A stretch of DNA of 64,000 nt. Source: a virus (Duplodnaviria > Caudoviricetes). The notes under the pieces were generated by a model. The model was not told the origin of the DNA, did not search any database, and worked only from the letters and a program-made list of their open reading frames with translations. Position 1 is the stretch's first letter. Each line of letters opens with the position of its first letter. Where the stretch lies: positions 918 through 64,917 of the IMG/VR virus record IMGVR_UViG_3300042549_000858. One strand, written 5' to 3'. A program made the translations under genes and the position numbers. Positions 9,843 through 19,721 of the stretch are shown here, piece by piece.

Positions 9843-11516
9843 CTACGCAGGGAGATACTTCTCAGACCGGCTGTTCTTTGCCACTCTACCTTTACCCACA
9901 GTCTTACCACGAGCCGCTTGGATTCTGTCCATCATGGCGTACAGTTTGCGTGCGCCAGCCTCGGTTGAACCGTTACCCAATTCAGAGACGATACGGGCTG
10001 GAACTACGAACTCACCATCAGCCAAACGAGCAGGTTGTTTCTTACCAATCACGGCAGGAATCGAATCAGATACGCCATCCCCCGGCCCACGAAGTAAGCG
10101 ACCACCATCAGAATAGCTACCCAAGTTATATCCCGCATCTGAGATACCTCCTGTAGCCATTTGTTCGGAGTTTATGGGTACATATTGTTTTGTTTCTGGG
10201 TCATATCTAGTTCCAGCGGGGGCTTGAGCGTTATCTAACATTGGCCCAACATTACCAAAATCACCGCTCCCACCTTTAAACATACTCCCAAGGTGAGAAC
10301 CAATGTCATTAACAGCATCTCCAATAAACCCACCAAACCCGTAACTAGGGACTTGACCACCCCCCGCCATCCGTTGTTCACCCGTGTATGGGTCTACTCT
10401 TACATCGCTTGTACCTGTCAACACGTTTTGGGACGTTGGTGTTTGGTATGGGGTAGCGTAAGCATTGTTATGCAGATAGGCTTGGGGAAAACCCGTATTA
10501 GCGCCGATAGCGTTGTCGTTAGACATTTGTTCTACTGGACCGCCACCTGCGTAACCCATCAATCCACCATTTGCGGCAGTGGGGGGAACATACGCGCCAT
10601 AACCGGGGTACATCTGTTTAGCCTCTTCGTCAGAAAGGGCGGTGTATTGTGGTTTGAAATATACGTTTTCTACGCCAGTTGGACTGGCAGTAGGCGTAGG
10701 CGTTTGCGCTCCGGGGCTAAACTTGTAATGCGGTACAACTTGTTTTCCGGCGGTAGCGGATGTAGGGGGAGGTGTAAATTTCGCTTGTTCGCCCGCCGCA
10801 GGAGCCGCTGCCGCTAATCCCATTCGGGCTAAACCAGAGTAGCTTCCACCACCCAAGGCTTTAAATTTATCTGCTGTTGGATTAGAGACTAACGATTCGG
10901 CGCCTTTATACATGGCGTCCATACCTGTAGGCGGTGGGTTAGCCAACAGTTGTTCATTTACGATATTGCTTTTTATAGTTGCAAGCTGATCACCAGATAG
11001 TGCTGGATTTACTACGCCGGGGTCTATGTTTGCATAGCCGGAATTCATAGCAAGTTGTTGTTGCGCCTGTTGTTGCGCAGTTTGTCGTGCCACTTCTTGT
11101 TGAGCGCCTTCGTTAGCAAGATTTTGAACAGAAGCTCCGGCTTCTGAAGTAGCAATACCGGATAACCCCGCTCCTAATCCAGCGCCGCCATAACCGCCAA
11201 GACCTGCTGACAATCCACCCATCAAACCGCCTTTAGGATTTAACGCATAAGACCCTGCGCCAACAAGCAAACCAGCTTGCATAGCGGTCAATCCCATACC
11301 GGCTGGGCCAAGAGCCGCGCCCGCAACCAGTGGAAGAATCATGGACAAGAACCCCGCTTCGGGTAGCCCAGTCTCTGGATTGATTGTTAGTTGACCACCA
11401 TGCGCCATAGCCAAGTCGTTGAGGCTTTTGACCTCATCACGAGACATGTGCACGAGGGTATTGTCAGGCCCACGGCCTTGATCGGATAAATGTTGGGCAG
11501 CAAGTTGTAGGCTCAT
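9843..11516 (-). CDS. Internal virion (ejection) protein, 557 aa
   Basis: N-terminal GRGPDNTLVHM...TINPETGLPEAG motif, Gly-rich hydrophobic segment, and C-terminal GG..RGPGDGVSDSIPA..LADGEFVVPA module that also occurs at the ends of tape-measure proteins. Confidence 0.75.
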   Translation of the reverse strand: MSLQLAAQHLSDQGRGPDNTLVHMSRDEVKSLNDLAMAHGGQLTINPETGLPEAGFLSMILPLVAGAALGPAGMGLTAMQAGLLVGAGSYALNPKGGLMGGLSAGLGGYGGAGLGAGLSGIATSEAGASVQNLANEGAQQEVARQTAQQQAQQQLAMNSGYANIDPGVVNPALSGDQLATIKSNIVNEQLLANPPPTGMDAMYKGAESLVSNPTADKFKALGGGSYSGLARMGLAAAAPAAGEQAKFTPPPTSATAGKQVVPHYKFSPGAQTPTPTASPTGVENVYFKPQYTALSDEEAKQMYPGYGAYVPPTAANGGLMGYAGGGPVEQMSNDNAIGANTGFPQAYLHNNAYATPYQTPTSQNVLTGTSDVRVDPYTGEQRMAGGGQVPSYGFGGFIGDAVNDIGSHLGSMFKGGSGDFGNVGPMLDNAQAPAGTRYDPETKQYVPINSEQMATGGISDAGYNLGSYSDGGRLLRGPGDGVSDSIPAVIGKKQPARLADGEFVVPARIVSELGNGSTEAGARKLYAMMDRIQAARGKTVGKGRVAKNSRSEKYLPA

Positions 11517-11550
11517 TTTTGCCTCGTAGATGGGGGGTTAATCGAGTTTA

Positions 11551-11886
11551 TCACGCCTTAATCCTTAATGGGTAACTAGATGCAGACCCACCAGACGTAT
11601 CGTAGTAAATATCACCTGAACGCAAATTAGCAAAATCTGCCTGTGTAGGCAAACTAATTACGGGGGCACCAGCCAAGTTTGCTTGTGAACAACTTAACGC
11701 AGATACTATCAATGCTGGAGTAGTACCCGTGGCTGGCTGTCTTTGTGTAGATACAACTATAGGGCCGGGGTTGTCCAAAGAATTAAAGTACTGGCGCAGA
11801 ATGCTCAATAGCGCATCCATGAAACGCTGGTCGTATTCAACTGGAGCGGCAGGAAGCCGTGGGGCTGTTACACCTTTACTTGCCAT
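11551..11886 (-). CDS. Small tail-associated structural protein, 111 aa
   Basis: PRLPAAPVEYDQ..L..YFN N-terminus; directly downstream of the nozzle gene. Confidence 0.6.
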   Translation of the reverse strand: MASKGVTAPRLPAAPVEYDQRFMDALLSILRQYFNSLDNPGPIVVSTQRQPATGTTPALIVSALSCSQANLAGAPVISLPTQADFANLRSGDIYYDTSGGSASSYPLRIKA

Positions 11887-11888
11887 AC

Positions 11889-14015
11889 TTATCTCCTGCC
11901 ATCTGCTCTAACGTCAATACGAGGAGCACCTAGTTGCCACTGCGTACCCAACGTGTCTGATTGAAGTTTGAACGCCATCTGCCGCCCGCGAATCCGCACA
12001 AACACCTGCTCAGTAAATTGTTGTACGTTGTATGTTGTAGTACTTGCGTAAGACTGCTTACTTGTTACCGCTGGGTTGTCTGAGGTGCCGTAGTTTGCAC
12101 CGGGGTTTTGACGAGGACGAACCGTGAAGTTAACGGAGGGCGCTGCTGAAGCGGAGCCATCAAAAGTGACGTCAGGTATAAGCCGCCAGACAAAACCAAA
12201 GTTATGACCATCACCAATATCAAAGTCCGAGGATTGAACATAAGCATCAATAGCAACTGGAGTGCTAGTTTCGTTGTTGTCTACGCCTGTTTCTTGGTAT
12301 ACCAAACCACCATTTGTGTACGTGCCACTAGATGTATACCCAATAGCCGCCATAGGTTCAGAACGTAGTGGGCTATCCAACCAAGCAGTACGTGGGCGTA
12401 CAGTCGTGCCGTTCATAGTGCCGTAGTACCAAGTACGCTCTAGATGGTTATAGATTACGTAGCGATCAATCAACACATTTGGCGACCCAGCAGTGCCTGT
12501 ACCATTTTCACCGTCAGAAGTAGTGCCAGTAATAGATGGATAGAACCACCAAATTTCGTTGTAGCCTTCGTTAGTACCAGAGTGAATCTGGAACGTCTCT
12601 GTTAGGTTGATATTGTTGTATATGTACTGTCGCAAAGCGCAAGGTAGAGTCTCCACCCGTCCAGAGTACATATAAAATTTATCCGTGCCCATCCAGTATG
12701 TGACGTTGTTTACTGTGGATACTGCGTTAGGACTAGCAATAGATATGTTGTCGGCAAGAATCTGATTACCCCAAACATATGGAGCGCCAAGATACTGAAA
12801 AGAATACAAACAAGAATCGGAAAACACCAAAATCTCTTGCCGTGCTTGTATAGCGGTAATGATTGAAGAACCGTGGCTTAGACGGATACCGCCCGCTTGG
12901 TTGGTAATTGCTGGAGTCCAAGTGACCAAGGTATTCTGGTCAGACCAGCGAACCTGCATCGGGTCTAGTGTTGTAGTCGCATACACGCCAGTTGGGTCAT
13001 TACACCCGAATGTAAAAGTAAAACGTGATGAGTCAGATACCAGTACAAAATTAACAAGCGAGGGACAAGTCGCGTCTGGTGTAAACGTACCAGACTTTGT
13101 AACTACACCAGTACCAGCTTTAATAATCTGCCCACGGTCATAGACGTTAGGGCTTGCGTTATTAGCCCAGTAGTACATAGCGCCACTACGAGGATTAAAA
13201 ACTAAGTCTTCGCCGTAGTTAGTCTGGCTCCACAAACGCAACTGAATGCCTACACCCAAACCAGACGGTGCAGGAGAACCCCAACCAGTAGACGCATACC
13301 CAGCAGTTGCACCGCCCCAGCCGCCCGCGCCCCAGCCCACACCATAAGTAAATGTTGTATTACCTGTTGTGAGTTGATAGTTAAATGTTCCGCTAACCGC
13401 TGGATTACCAGAAGACGTAGCCGTTCCCGCAACAAGGATGGTGTATTGGCTAGAACTAATATATGAGACAACTTGGAACTCACCAGTAAGTTGAGCCGCA
13501 GTCACGCCGTTAACGGGGCCTGATACAGCGGAGATATTCACAAAGTCTCCAACTTGTACAGTGCTACCGGCATCTGTAACTGTGATAGTTGTAAAGCCAC
13601 CGCTGTTTGTTGCAGTGTTAGTGGTAAACGCACTGGCTACAGTAGCATTAGTTAGGCGAATAGGCGTGACATCATTGAACGCACCGCCGCTTGTGTTTTG
13701 AATATAAAACTTTAAGTTAGTACCAATAGACAGTAAGTTGTATCCTGTTAAGTTAATCCAATTCCACATGGACTTGGCAATACCCCAGAACACCCCAGTA
13801 GATGGAACTGCGGATGTTGTTACGCCGCTTGCAGCAAACGTACCCGTGGGGGCATCTGGGTAGATAGACCCACCGTCACGTTGCCAGCCACCTACCTTTT
13901 CAGGGAAGCCAGAACGAAAACGAATTTTGTCGCAGTCATACCAGCCGCCCTCGTTAGATAGGGTAGTGCCTTCGCGGTTAACGCCGGGTCTGAACTGTAG
14001 TTTCTGTAATGGCAT
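11889..14015 (-). CDS. Tail nozzle / tubular protein B (P22 gp10-like beta-propeller), 708 aa
   Basis: MPLQKLQFRPGVNREGT start, VRWSDQ, EIWWFYP, RTAWLD and C-terminal RIRGRQ...GAPRID...DGRR motifs; podovirus gene order. Confidence 0.8.
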   Translation of the reverse strand: MPLQKLQFRPGVNREGTTLSNEGGWYDCDKIRFRSGFPEKVGGWQRDGGSIYPDAPTGTFAASGVTTSAVPSTGVFWGIAKSMWNWINLTGYNLLSIGTNLKFYIQNTSGGAFNDVTPIRLTNATVASAFTTNTATNSGGFTTITVTDAGSTVQVGDFVNISAVSGPVNGVTAAQLTGEFQVVSYISSSQYTILVAGTATSSGNPAVSGTFNYQLTTGNTTFTYGVGWGAGGWGGATAGYASTGWGSPAPSGLGVGIQLRLWSQTNYGEDLVFNPRSGAMYYWANNASPNVYDRGQIIKAGTGVVTKSGTFTPDATCPSLVNFVLVSDSSRFTFTFGCNDPTGVYATTTLDPMQVRWSDQNTLVTWTPAITNQAGGIRLSHGSSIITAIQARQEILVFSDSCLYSFQYLGAPYVWGNQILADNISIASPNAVSTVNNVTYWMGTDKFYMYSGRVETLPCALRQYIYNNINLTETFQIHSGTNEGYNEIWWFYPSITGTTSDGENGTGTAGSPNVLIDRYVIYNHLERTWYYGTMNGTTVRPRTAWLDSPLRSEPMAAIGYTSSGTYTNGGLVYQETGVDNNETSTPVAIDAYVQSSDFDIGDGHNFGFVWRLIPDVTFDGSASAAPSVNFTVRPRQNPGANYGTSDNPAVTSKQSYASTTTYNVQQFTEQVFVRIRGRQMAFKLQSDTLGTQWQLGAPRIDVRADGRR

Positions 14016-14018
14016 TTT

Positions 14019-14495
14019 TTATCCTAAGAACAAGGCGCGTTCGTCTTTACGACGATTCTCCAACCCTTTGAGTATTTTGCCACCCGCCTTGCAATACTTC
14101 AAGAGTTCTTCCGCAGCGCCTTCCATATCCCCACGCAGAACCTTCTGACGGAGGGTTGAACGCTGTAGTGTTCCCAGACCAACATTGAAACTAAAAGATA
14201 TGAGAGCATCATATTGACCTTGAGTGAGGGGGACAGGACAGAACTGAACCACACCTCGCTCAAACCTAGCCAAATCTGCTTTAAGAATTCCATTGACTTC
14301 TTCCATGCTAAACGTGCGGTTGTCTGCATCTTTGAGGGCAAACCCGTCGCGGTCTTCTATCTTCATCTTGCCCTGCTCTGGGTACAAGACATGCCCCACC
14401 CCCACCGTCCACAGTTTGGCTGGACAACGGTAAGGCTTCTGACGCACACCTTCATGGTGCGTAATCATTTTGAGGGCTTTATCTGACAGGTTCAT
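14019..14495 (-). CDS. Endolysin, GH24 (T4-like) lysozyme
   Basis: E-x8-C-x5-T catalytic pattern (HEGVRQKPYRCPAKLWT), WTVGVGH, FSFNVG, GLENRR. Confidence 0.93.
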   Translation of the reverse strand: MNLSDKALKMITHHEGVRQKPYRCPAKLWTVGVGHVLYPEQGKMKIEDRDGFALKDADNRTFSMEEVNGILKADLARFERGVVQFCPVPLTQGQYDALISFSFNVGLGTLQRSTLRQKVLRGDMEGAAEELLKYCKAGGKILKGLENRRKDERALFLG

Positions 14496-14998
14496 TTCTT
14501 GCCAAATGCTTGTGTACCAAACCAGAATGACACCACGGATGCCCAGATGATCTGTGTCTCGTTATCCCACAGCAGGTCTAACGCAACCTCAAACGGCACT
14601 TCTTTGTAGAAAGCAAACCAAAAGCCAAATATTTCTACAAAGGCAAACAAAATGAACAAGCCATAAGTTATGGCAGGGCGCACCATAGCGCGGGCGTTAG
14701 TTACCCATTGACTAGCACCTTGACCGATAGCAATGTCGTGGGCATACAGGGCTTGACGCTCTTGCATGGCAGTCTGTGCGTTGGTCACTTCAGCGTTAAT
14801 CTGAATCTGTTCTGTCTGGATATGCTCAATGCGCTCTTGAGCTTCTAAACCAGCCTTACGTAAAGCCAGTTCTCTTTCGGTCTGCATCTGCGCCAAGGCT
14901 AGTTCATGCGACTTGTCTGCACGGTCTTGGAAGAAGTCCATCAGTTTGGGTAAACCGCCCATCAGGAAAGACAGTAGGGTTGAGAATAGTGTCATCAT
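14492..14998 (-). CDS. Holin (GTA 3TM-holin-like)
   Basis: N-terminal amphipathic helix, coiled coil, VRPAITY, two hydrophobic segments and SFWFG tail; adjacent to the lysozyme. Confidence 0.8.
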   Translation of the reverse strand: MMTLFSTLLSFLMGGLPKLMDFFQDRADKSHELALAQMQTERELALRKAGLEAQERIEHIQTEQIQINAEVTNAQTAMQERQALYAHDIAIGQGASQWVTNARAMVRPAITYGLFILFAFVEIFGFWFAFYKEVPFEVALDLLWDNETQIIWASVVSFWFGTQAFGKK

Positions 14999-15001
14999 TT
15001 T

Positions 15002-15457
15002 TTAGCCTTTCAGTTCAAAACTTAGATTTGCATGACGGGGGTATTGCACAACACGCTCCCCTTCGGGGCATTTGTATTTAATGGTTGCCAGCAAAGTTGC
15101 TTTACCACCAGCAATTTTTTCTTTACCTACCATTGTTAGTTGGTATGTAAATGTGTCAATCTCTGGCCCTGCTGGGCCGCTAAACTTGCTTGCGGTGGTG
15201 GTCGCCTCATGCACCATGCCCGCCGCATCACGGATGCTTGGCGTAAAACTCTCAACAGAACAGTCATCCCGCTTCTTTATTCTTGCAACTGTGACATTGA
15301 TGGGCTGTCCAGCCTCCGCCACAATTTTAAAATGCTCTGGAGTCCACTCAATGATGGCTCGGTCAAAAAAACCAAATTTATCGGCAAGTGTGTAACTACC
15401 CCCTAATGCGGCAATACTAGCGGCAACCGCTCCAATAGTTTTGGCAAGGTCAATCAT
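15002..15457 (-). CDS. Membrane-anchored hypothetical protein in the lysis cluster, 151 aa
   Basis: N-terminal hydrophobic helix followed by a beta-rich domain with two Cys. Confidence 0.65.
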   Translation of the reverse strand: MIDLAKTIGAVAASIAALGGSYTLADKFGFFDRAIIEWTPEHFKIVAEAGQPINVTVARIKKRDDCSVESFTPSIRDAAGMVHEATTTASKFSGPAGPEIDTFTYQLTMVGKEKIAGGKATLLATIKYKCPEGERVVQYPRHANLSFELKG

Positions 15458-15621
15458 TTTGATTCCTTTAATTCGCGTTTGAGTTTACGCAACTCTTTCA
15501 TCTCTTGTTTAAGTTGCGCTCGCATGTATAGGGTTTCCACGTATGCCATTGAGGTCACTCCAACAATTACGCATATCGCCACTCCTATCAATATCCAATA
15601 GACCAGCTTCGTAGTTGCCAC
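15454..15621 (-). CDS. Small single-TM coiled-coil protein, 55 aa (not in ORF track)
   Basis: GTG start; MATTKLVYWILIGVAICVIVGVTSMAYVETLYMRAQLKQEMKELRKLKRELKESK; its TGA overlaps the next ATG. Confidence 0.6.
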   Translation of the reverse strand: MATTKLVYWILIGVAICVIVGVTSMAYVETLYMRAQLKQEMKELRKLKRELKESK

Positions 15622-16307
15622 ATGAACCACCCAAAAAACATTGATATAAACATCACGGCGATCACCCCACTTATTGTTTCAATAACCCGAATCTCGTCTT
15701 GCTCTTGCTTCCACCTTGCCAACCTAGTCCTGCGAATCGTCTCCGACCTTGCCCATGCTTGTTCTTGTTCTATTCGGGCGTGCATCTTGAGGAATCGGCT
15801 ATACAAATCCTTCAACTCTGCTGGCGCGTAGACCATAGCCTCTCGCACCTGCTCCATCAACTTCTCCAACTGCAACTCAATCAGCGCCCGTTCTATGGCT
15901 TTTTTGCTGGTGTTTTGCGTTGGGTCGTAGTTGGTCTTTGACGTCTCCTCTAGTTCAAGGTAGTGGTTGTTAATCTGCTGTTGCGTGTCAAAGAGGACTC
16001 CGAGGTTCTCACCAATGTCTTTGATAAGTTTGAGTTCAAGTTCCTCGTAGGACTGTTGTTGTTTGGTTGCTGGCTTGGCTTTCGCTTTCGCCACAGGCTT
16101 GGGCGCTTCTGGCTTGGCTGGTTTACTAACAAATAGACCAATGAACCAATCAAAAATGCCCTTGATTGCCTTGACATCGCCAATGACCTGCTCGGCTGTC
16201 TTCTTAGCCCCTTCAAGCTCCATACGCCCTTCATGCAGGAGAGCACACCCCTGCTTGATAAAGCCAACGGCGGTTTGGGCCGCCATGAGAAGAGTGAAAG
16301 GGTCCAC
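15588..16307 (-). CDS. Hypothetical coiled-coil protein with C-terminal TM helix, 239 aa
   Basis: MDPFTLL..A.TAV..IK start, long helical body and a hydrophobic C-terminal segment. Confidence 0.7.
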   Translation of the reverse strand: MDPFTLLMAAQTAVGFIKQGCALLHEGRMELEGAKKTAEQVIGDVKAIKGIFDWFIGLFVSKPAKPEAPKPVAKAKAKPATKQQQSYEELELKLIKDIGENLGVLFDTQQQINNHYLELEETSKTNYDPTQNTSKKAIERALIELQLEKLMEQVREAMVYAPAELKDLYSRFLKMHARIEQEQAWARSETIRRTRLARWKQEQDEIRVIETISGVIAVMFISMFFGWFMWQLRSWSIGY

Positions 16308-16313
16308 ATCGTG

Positions 16314-16544
16314 TTAACTTATTAGCGCCAAAACATCTGGGTTTGCGGCTAAAAACTGTTTAAGTTTGTCGGCAGGATTTATAGGCGCGGGTTGACTTGT
16401 AACAAGCTCAAGTCTTTTTTGTTCTAGAAGTGCATTTGCTTGCTCCACTGTTATGGGGGTCAAACCGGGTTTTATATAAGCGTCTTGCGACCCATCCGCT
16501 TCATAGGCAAAAACATTGTTGTCTGGTGAAAGATAGTATTTCAT
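16314..16544 (-). CDS. Tail fibre assembly chaperone-like protein
   Basis: MKYY....NVFAYEADGSQDAYI..GL..IT motif; immediately follows a tail fibre gene. Confidence 0.7.
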   Translation of the reverse strand: MKYYLSPDNNVFAYEADGSQDAYIKPGLTPITVEQANALLEQKRLELVTSQPAPINPADKLKQFLAANPDVLALIS

Positions 16545-16552
16545 ATTAGTCC

Positions 16553-17593
16553 TTAACGAAGTTCAAGCCAATAGGCAAGGTTGCCGCCACAGTTTATGGA
16601 ATAAGTAGAACCAATAGGCACAACAAACCCAGCAAAAGCCCTTGGATATAAGTCCATGTTTGTGTAGCAAGCTAAGTTACCGTCTACGTAGCACGTAGTT
16701 ACAGCCCCGGGAGTGGCAGAAGTTGCGCTATACCAAACCCATATTGGCTTACCTGTAGAGTTTGTATATGTTGCTCCAGAAGACCGGCTACCAGTGACGT
16801 TCTGATAAGACTGGCTATTACCTAAAATGTTTGTAGCGTTAGTGGCAGTTGTTGCGGTCGTTGCTGTTGTAGCACTAGTTGCGGATGTAGCGCTGGTTGC
16901 TGTAGCCGCGTTACCACCAATAGAAAGAGCCGCCGCCGTGCCTGTAAGACTTGTGCCTGCACCAGAGAACGTAGTAGCAGTAGCCGTGCCAGACACGCCA
17001 AGGCTAGATAAACCGCTAACTGTTCCGCCTGTAATAGCGACAGCGTTAGCGTTCTGGGTAGACATAGTGCCCAAAGTACCTGTAGCCGCAGCCACAAAAG
17101 CAGTGGTAGCAATCTGCGTTGTGTTTGTTCCGGGCGATGCAGTCGGCGCAATAGGCGTTCCTGTAAGCGATGGGCTTATTAAAATGGGGATGTAGTTATT
17201 AGCCGTAACAATATCTGTGCCGTTAGATACAAGAAGTATTTTTGCTGTGGCAGGGACTGATACGCCCGTCTGACCTGAGACCTTGACCGTGACTGCGCCA
17301 GTTGAGTTGTTATAGATAAAGTACAGCTTCTTATTGGCTGGCACTATTAAGTTAGTGCTTGCTCCACCTGTGCCCGTTAGTTCAATGAACATGTTACGGG
17401 CAACACCACTTGCGCCGTTGGGAATTGTGATTGTGGTATCTGTGCCAGTAGCGACGGCTTGGGTCACGTATCCTGAGATAGCCTGTTCAAGCAAAGTGCC
17501 GAGGTTAGTGTTTGTGGTTGACCCCCAGTTACCCGCTTGGTCGCCAGTGCCGATAAGCTCAAGGGCTAGGTTGGTTGAGTACGTACTTGACAT
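16553..17593 (-). CDS. Tail fibre protein, 346 aa
   Basis: MSSTYSTNLALELIGTGDQAGNWG anchor; SP.LTGTP.APTA..GTNTTQIATTAFV fibre repeat; ATS/ATT triplets; C-terminal QNVTGSRSSG.TYTNSTGKPI...WLELR tip domain. Confidence 0.85.
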   Translation of the reverse strand: MSSTYSTNLALELIGTGDQAGNWGSTTNTNLGTLLEQAISGYVTQAVATGTDTTITIPNGASGVARNMFIELTGTGGASTNLIVPANKKLYFIYNNSTGAVTVKVSGQTGVSVPATAKILLVSNGTDIVTANNYIPILISPSLTGTPIAPTASPGTNTTQIATTAFVAAATGTLGTMSTQNANAVAITGGTVSGLSSLGVSGTATATTFSGAGTSLTGTAAALSIGGNAATATSATSATSATTATTATTATNATNILGNSQSYQNVTGSRSSGATYTNSTGKPIWVWYSATSATPGAVTTCYVDGNLACYTNMDLYPRAFAGFVVPIGSTYSINCGGNLAYWLELR

Positions 17594-17601
17594 GGTTTAC
17601 C

Positions 17602-18504
17602 TCATTGAAGGTTGTTTATATCTGTCCAGCCTGCGTTGTTGGTGGTATCTACCACTGTCCAATCTGCTGTCTCTGTGTTGCTGATTAACGCCCAGTTTGC
17701 TGTCTGGTCGTCGATGATTTTTATCCAGCCCGCTACCTGTGTATTGTCTGCCATATTGACATTCTCGGCAATGGCTGCTACGAAGGCGGCTTGGATGGTC
17801 GGCACATCCGCAAGGGTGATGTTCTCAGTGATGTCTTGCAGGAATGTAGCCGTGACAGTCTGGGCATCCGCTACGCCAAAGTTCTCTGTAATGTCCAAGA
17901 AAAACACAGAGAAGATGGTGATTAGTTCAGCAAGGGTGATGTTTTCTGTAACGCTGGCTGCAAACTGGGCAGTGAGGGCTTCCACCTCTTCTATCGTTAT
18001 GGCTTCGGAAATAGCCAAGGCAAACTGGGCTGTTGCAGTCGGCGTGTCTTCTAGAGTGATTGGCTCTGTGACCGAGGCAAGGTAGGAAAACTGTGAGGCT
18101 GGAGTGTCATCTATTACGAACGGCTCGGTGCGGTCATTCAACATAGCGGTGAAAACCACTTGGTCATCTGCGATTGTTATGTCTTCTGCACGGATGACGG
18201 CAAACTGGGCAGAGATTGCAAGCGAGTCAGCAAGAATGATGTCTTCTGTGATTGACTGTAGGAATGTTGAGGCTTGAGAAGATGCGTCGTCCAGCGTGAT
18301 TGTTTCTGTAACGCTACCAAAGAAGTTACCACCTGCGTCATTGTCAACGTCATCTACTATGATGTTCTCGGTTACGGACTGTAGGAACGCAGATGCTTGT
18401 GCGCTGTCGTCGGCTAGGGTGATGTCTTCAGAGATAGATAAGGCGAACGCCGTCCCGCCAAGACCGGCAAAGGTAGATTGGGCAAAGGCGGCGTAACCAA
18501 ACAT
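17602..18504 (-). CDS. Acidic structural protein with 12 tandem ~20-aa repeats
   Basis: [13 protein letters not shown] start; repeats of type SVTENITLAD...AQF; almost no Lys/Arg. Confidence 0.75.
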   Translation of the reverse strand: MFGYAAFAQSTFAGLGGTAFALSISEDITLADDSAQASAFLQSVTENIIVDDVDNDAGGNFFGSVTETITLDDASSQASTFLQSITEDIILADSLAISAQFAVIRAEDITIADDQVVFTAMLNDRTEPFVIDDTPASQFSYLASVTEPITLEDTPTATAQFALAISEAITIEEVEALTAQFAASVTENITLAELITIFSVFFLDITENFGVADAQTVTATFLQDITENITLADVPTIQAAFVAAIAENVNMADNTQVAGWIKIIDDQTANWALISNTETADWTVVDTTNNAGWTDINNLQ

Positions 18505-18662
18505 TATTCGTCCGCAGGCTCTGGTGTATTTCCCGCCTCAAGCCATGCTAAATATTGCTGGTAATCGGTGTTAGCGGGGTCAAATGGGATGATTGCTCCG
18601 TCAGAAACACGCATAACGCAAACTGGCTCTTGATTTGGCATAAACGTTAAATTTTTATACAT
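18504..18662 (-). CDS. Small tail-fibre partner protein, 52 aa (not in ORF track)
   Basis: MYKNLTF...[28 protein letters not shown], a motif commonly found after fibre genes; fills the gap exactly. Confidence 0.75.
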   Translation of the reverse strand: MYKNLTFMPNQEPVCVMRVSDGAIIPFDPANTDYQQYLAWLEAGNTPEPADE

Positions 18663-18665
18663 AAT

Positions 18666-19712
18666 TTATAACTCTATAGATGCAACAACATTAGTGGCTA
18701 ATCCAGTTCCAGCGCCCGTGGCCCAAGACCCCGACAAGTAATAAAAGTTTGTAATTCCTTGAGCAGTCCCAAAAATACTTGGGGTAATAACGCCAGTTGC
18801 ACCAGTTTGAATTGTGTAAACAGTATTTGCTACGCCATTGTAAGAAATAGAAACTGTTGGTGATGCTCTCATTGTTACTGGATAGGTAACTGTCGCCACT
18901 ACACCTTGGGTTGAATATGCGACTAAACCGCATTGACCATAATTTATGTAGTACCTTTGGCAAAGTGCTAGTTCCGTGGTGTAAGGTCTGTAATCAAAAC
19001 TCGTTGCGGTACTGCCTTTTTCTAGTTGTACGCCTGTGATGTACCAAGTAGCCCCGTTTGTGCCGACTACGCTTGTTGCGCCTGTTGCGCCAACATAGTT
19101 AGAACCTGACCAAGAACCAGCCGTACCGCTAACTGTTGAGCCAACGCCCAAACCAATCCACATATAAATACCAGCGCCATTAGTCTTCAACCAAGTGCCA
19201 GTTGTCTCACCAGCAATAGTTATAGAAATTGTTGTCCAAGTGTTTGCGCTAGAAATTGTGTAGGTGAATGGATAACTTCTGTTTTGCGCTGAGTTCTGTA
19301 ATGACCCACCAAATGTTCCAGTAAGACTTGAATAAACTCTAAAAGACAATGTTACAGAAGATGCGGATGCTGTACCCCATGCAAAGTCTGCCATGTTGTA
19401 GCCTTCAATGGCTTGCAACAAAGAAAAGTTTTCGCTTGCACCTACTGTGTAGGCAGAAGAAGAAGTAACACCCAAGTAATTTGCAAAACCAGCGGGAGGT
19501 GTTACAGAACCAGCATTTTGTTGAACTGTATATTTATTGTTTACGCTTGCTTGCGCGTAATATCTATCAAGGGTATAAACACCATTACCGCTAACACTAG
19601 CCCCCGCATTACGCTGGTCAATCACCATCGCTGAATTTATCAACCTATTTTTAAACCCTGTGTACTGGGCGTTAGTACTCAGCAGACCTTGGTCAACTTG
19701 CGTTAAAGCCAT
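18666..19712 (-). CDS. Tail fibre / carbohydrate-binding-like receptor module, 348 aa
   Basis: FKNRLIN..MVIDQRNAG...GVQLEKGSTATSFDYRPY..ELALCQRYY...P.TMRA.PT motifs. Confidence 0.8.
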   Translation of the reverse strand: MALTQVDQGLLSTNAQYTGFKNRLINSAMVIDQRNAGASVSGNGVYTLDRYYAQASVNNKYTVQQNAGSVTPPAGFANYLGVTSSSAYTVGASENFSLLQAIEGYNMADFAWGTASASSVTLSFRVYSSLTGTFGGSLQNSAQNRSYPFTYTISSANTWTTISITIAGETTGTWLKTNGAGIYMWIGLGVGSTVSGTAGSWSGSNYVGATGATSVVGTNGATWYITGVQLEKGSTATSFDYRPYTTELALCQRYYINYGQCGLVAYSTQGVVATVTYPVTMRASPTVSISYNGVANTVYTIQTGATGVITPSIFGTAQGITNFYYLSGSWATGAGTGLATNVVASIEL

Positions 19713-19721
19713 GTTTGTTCC

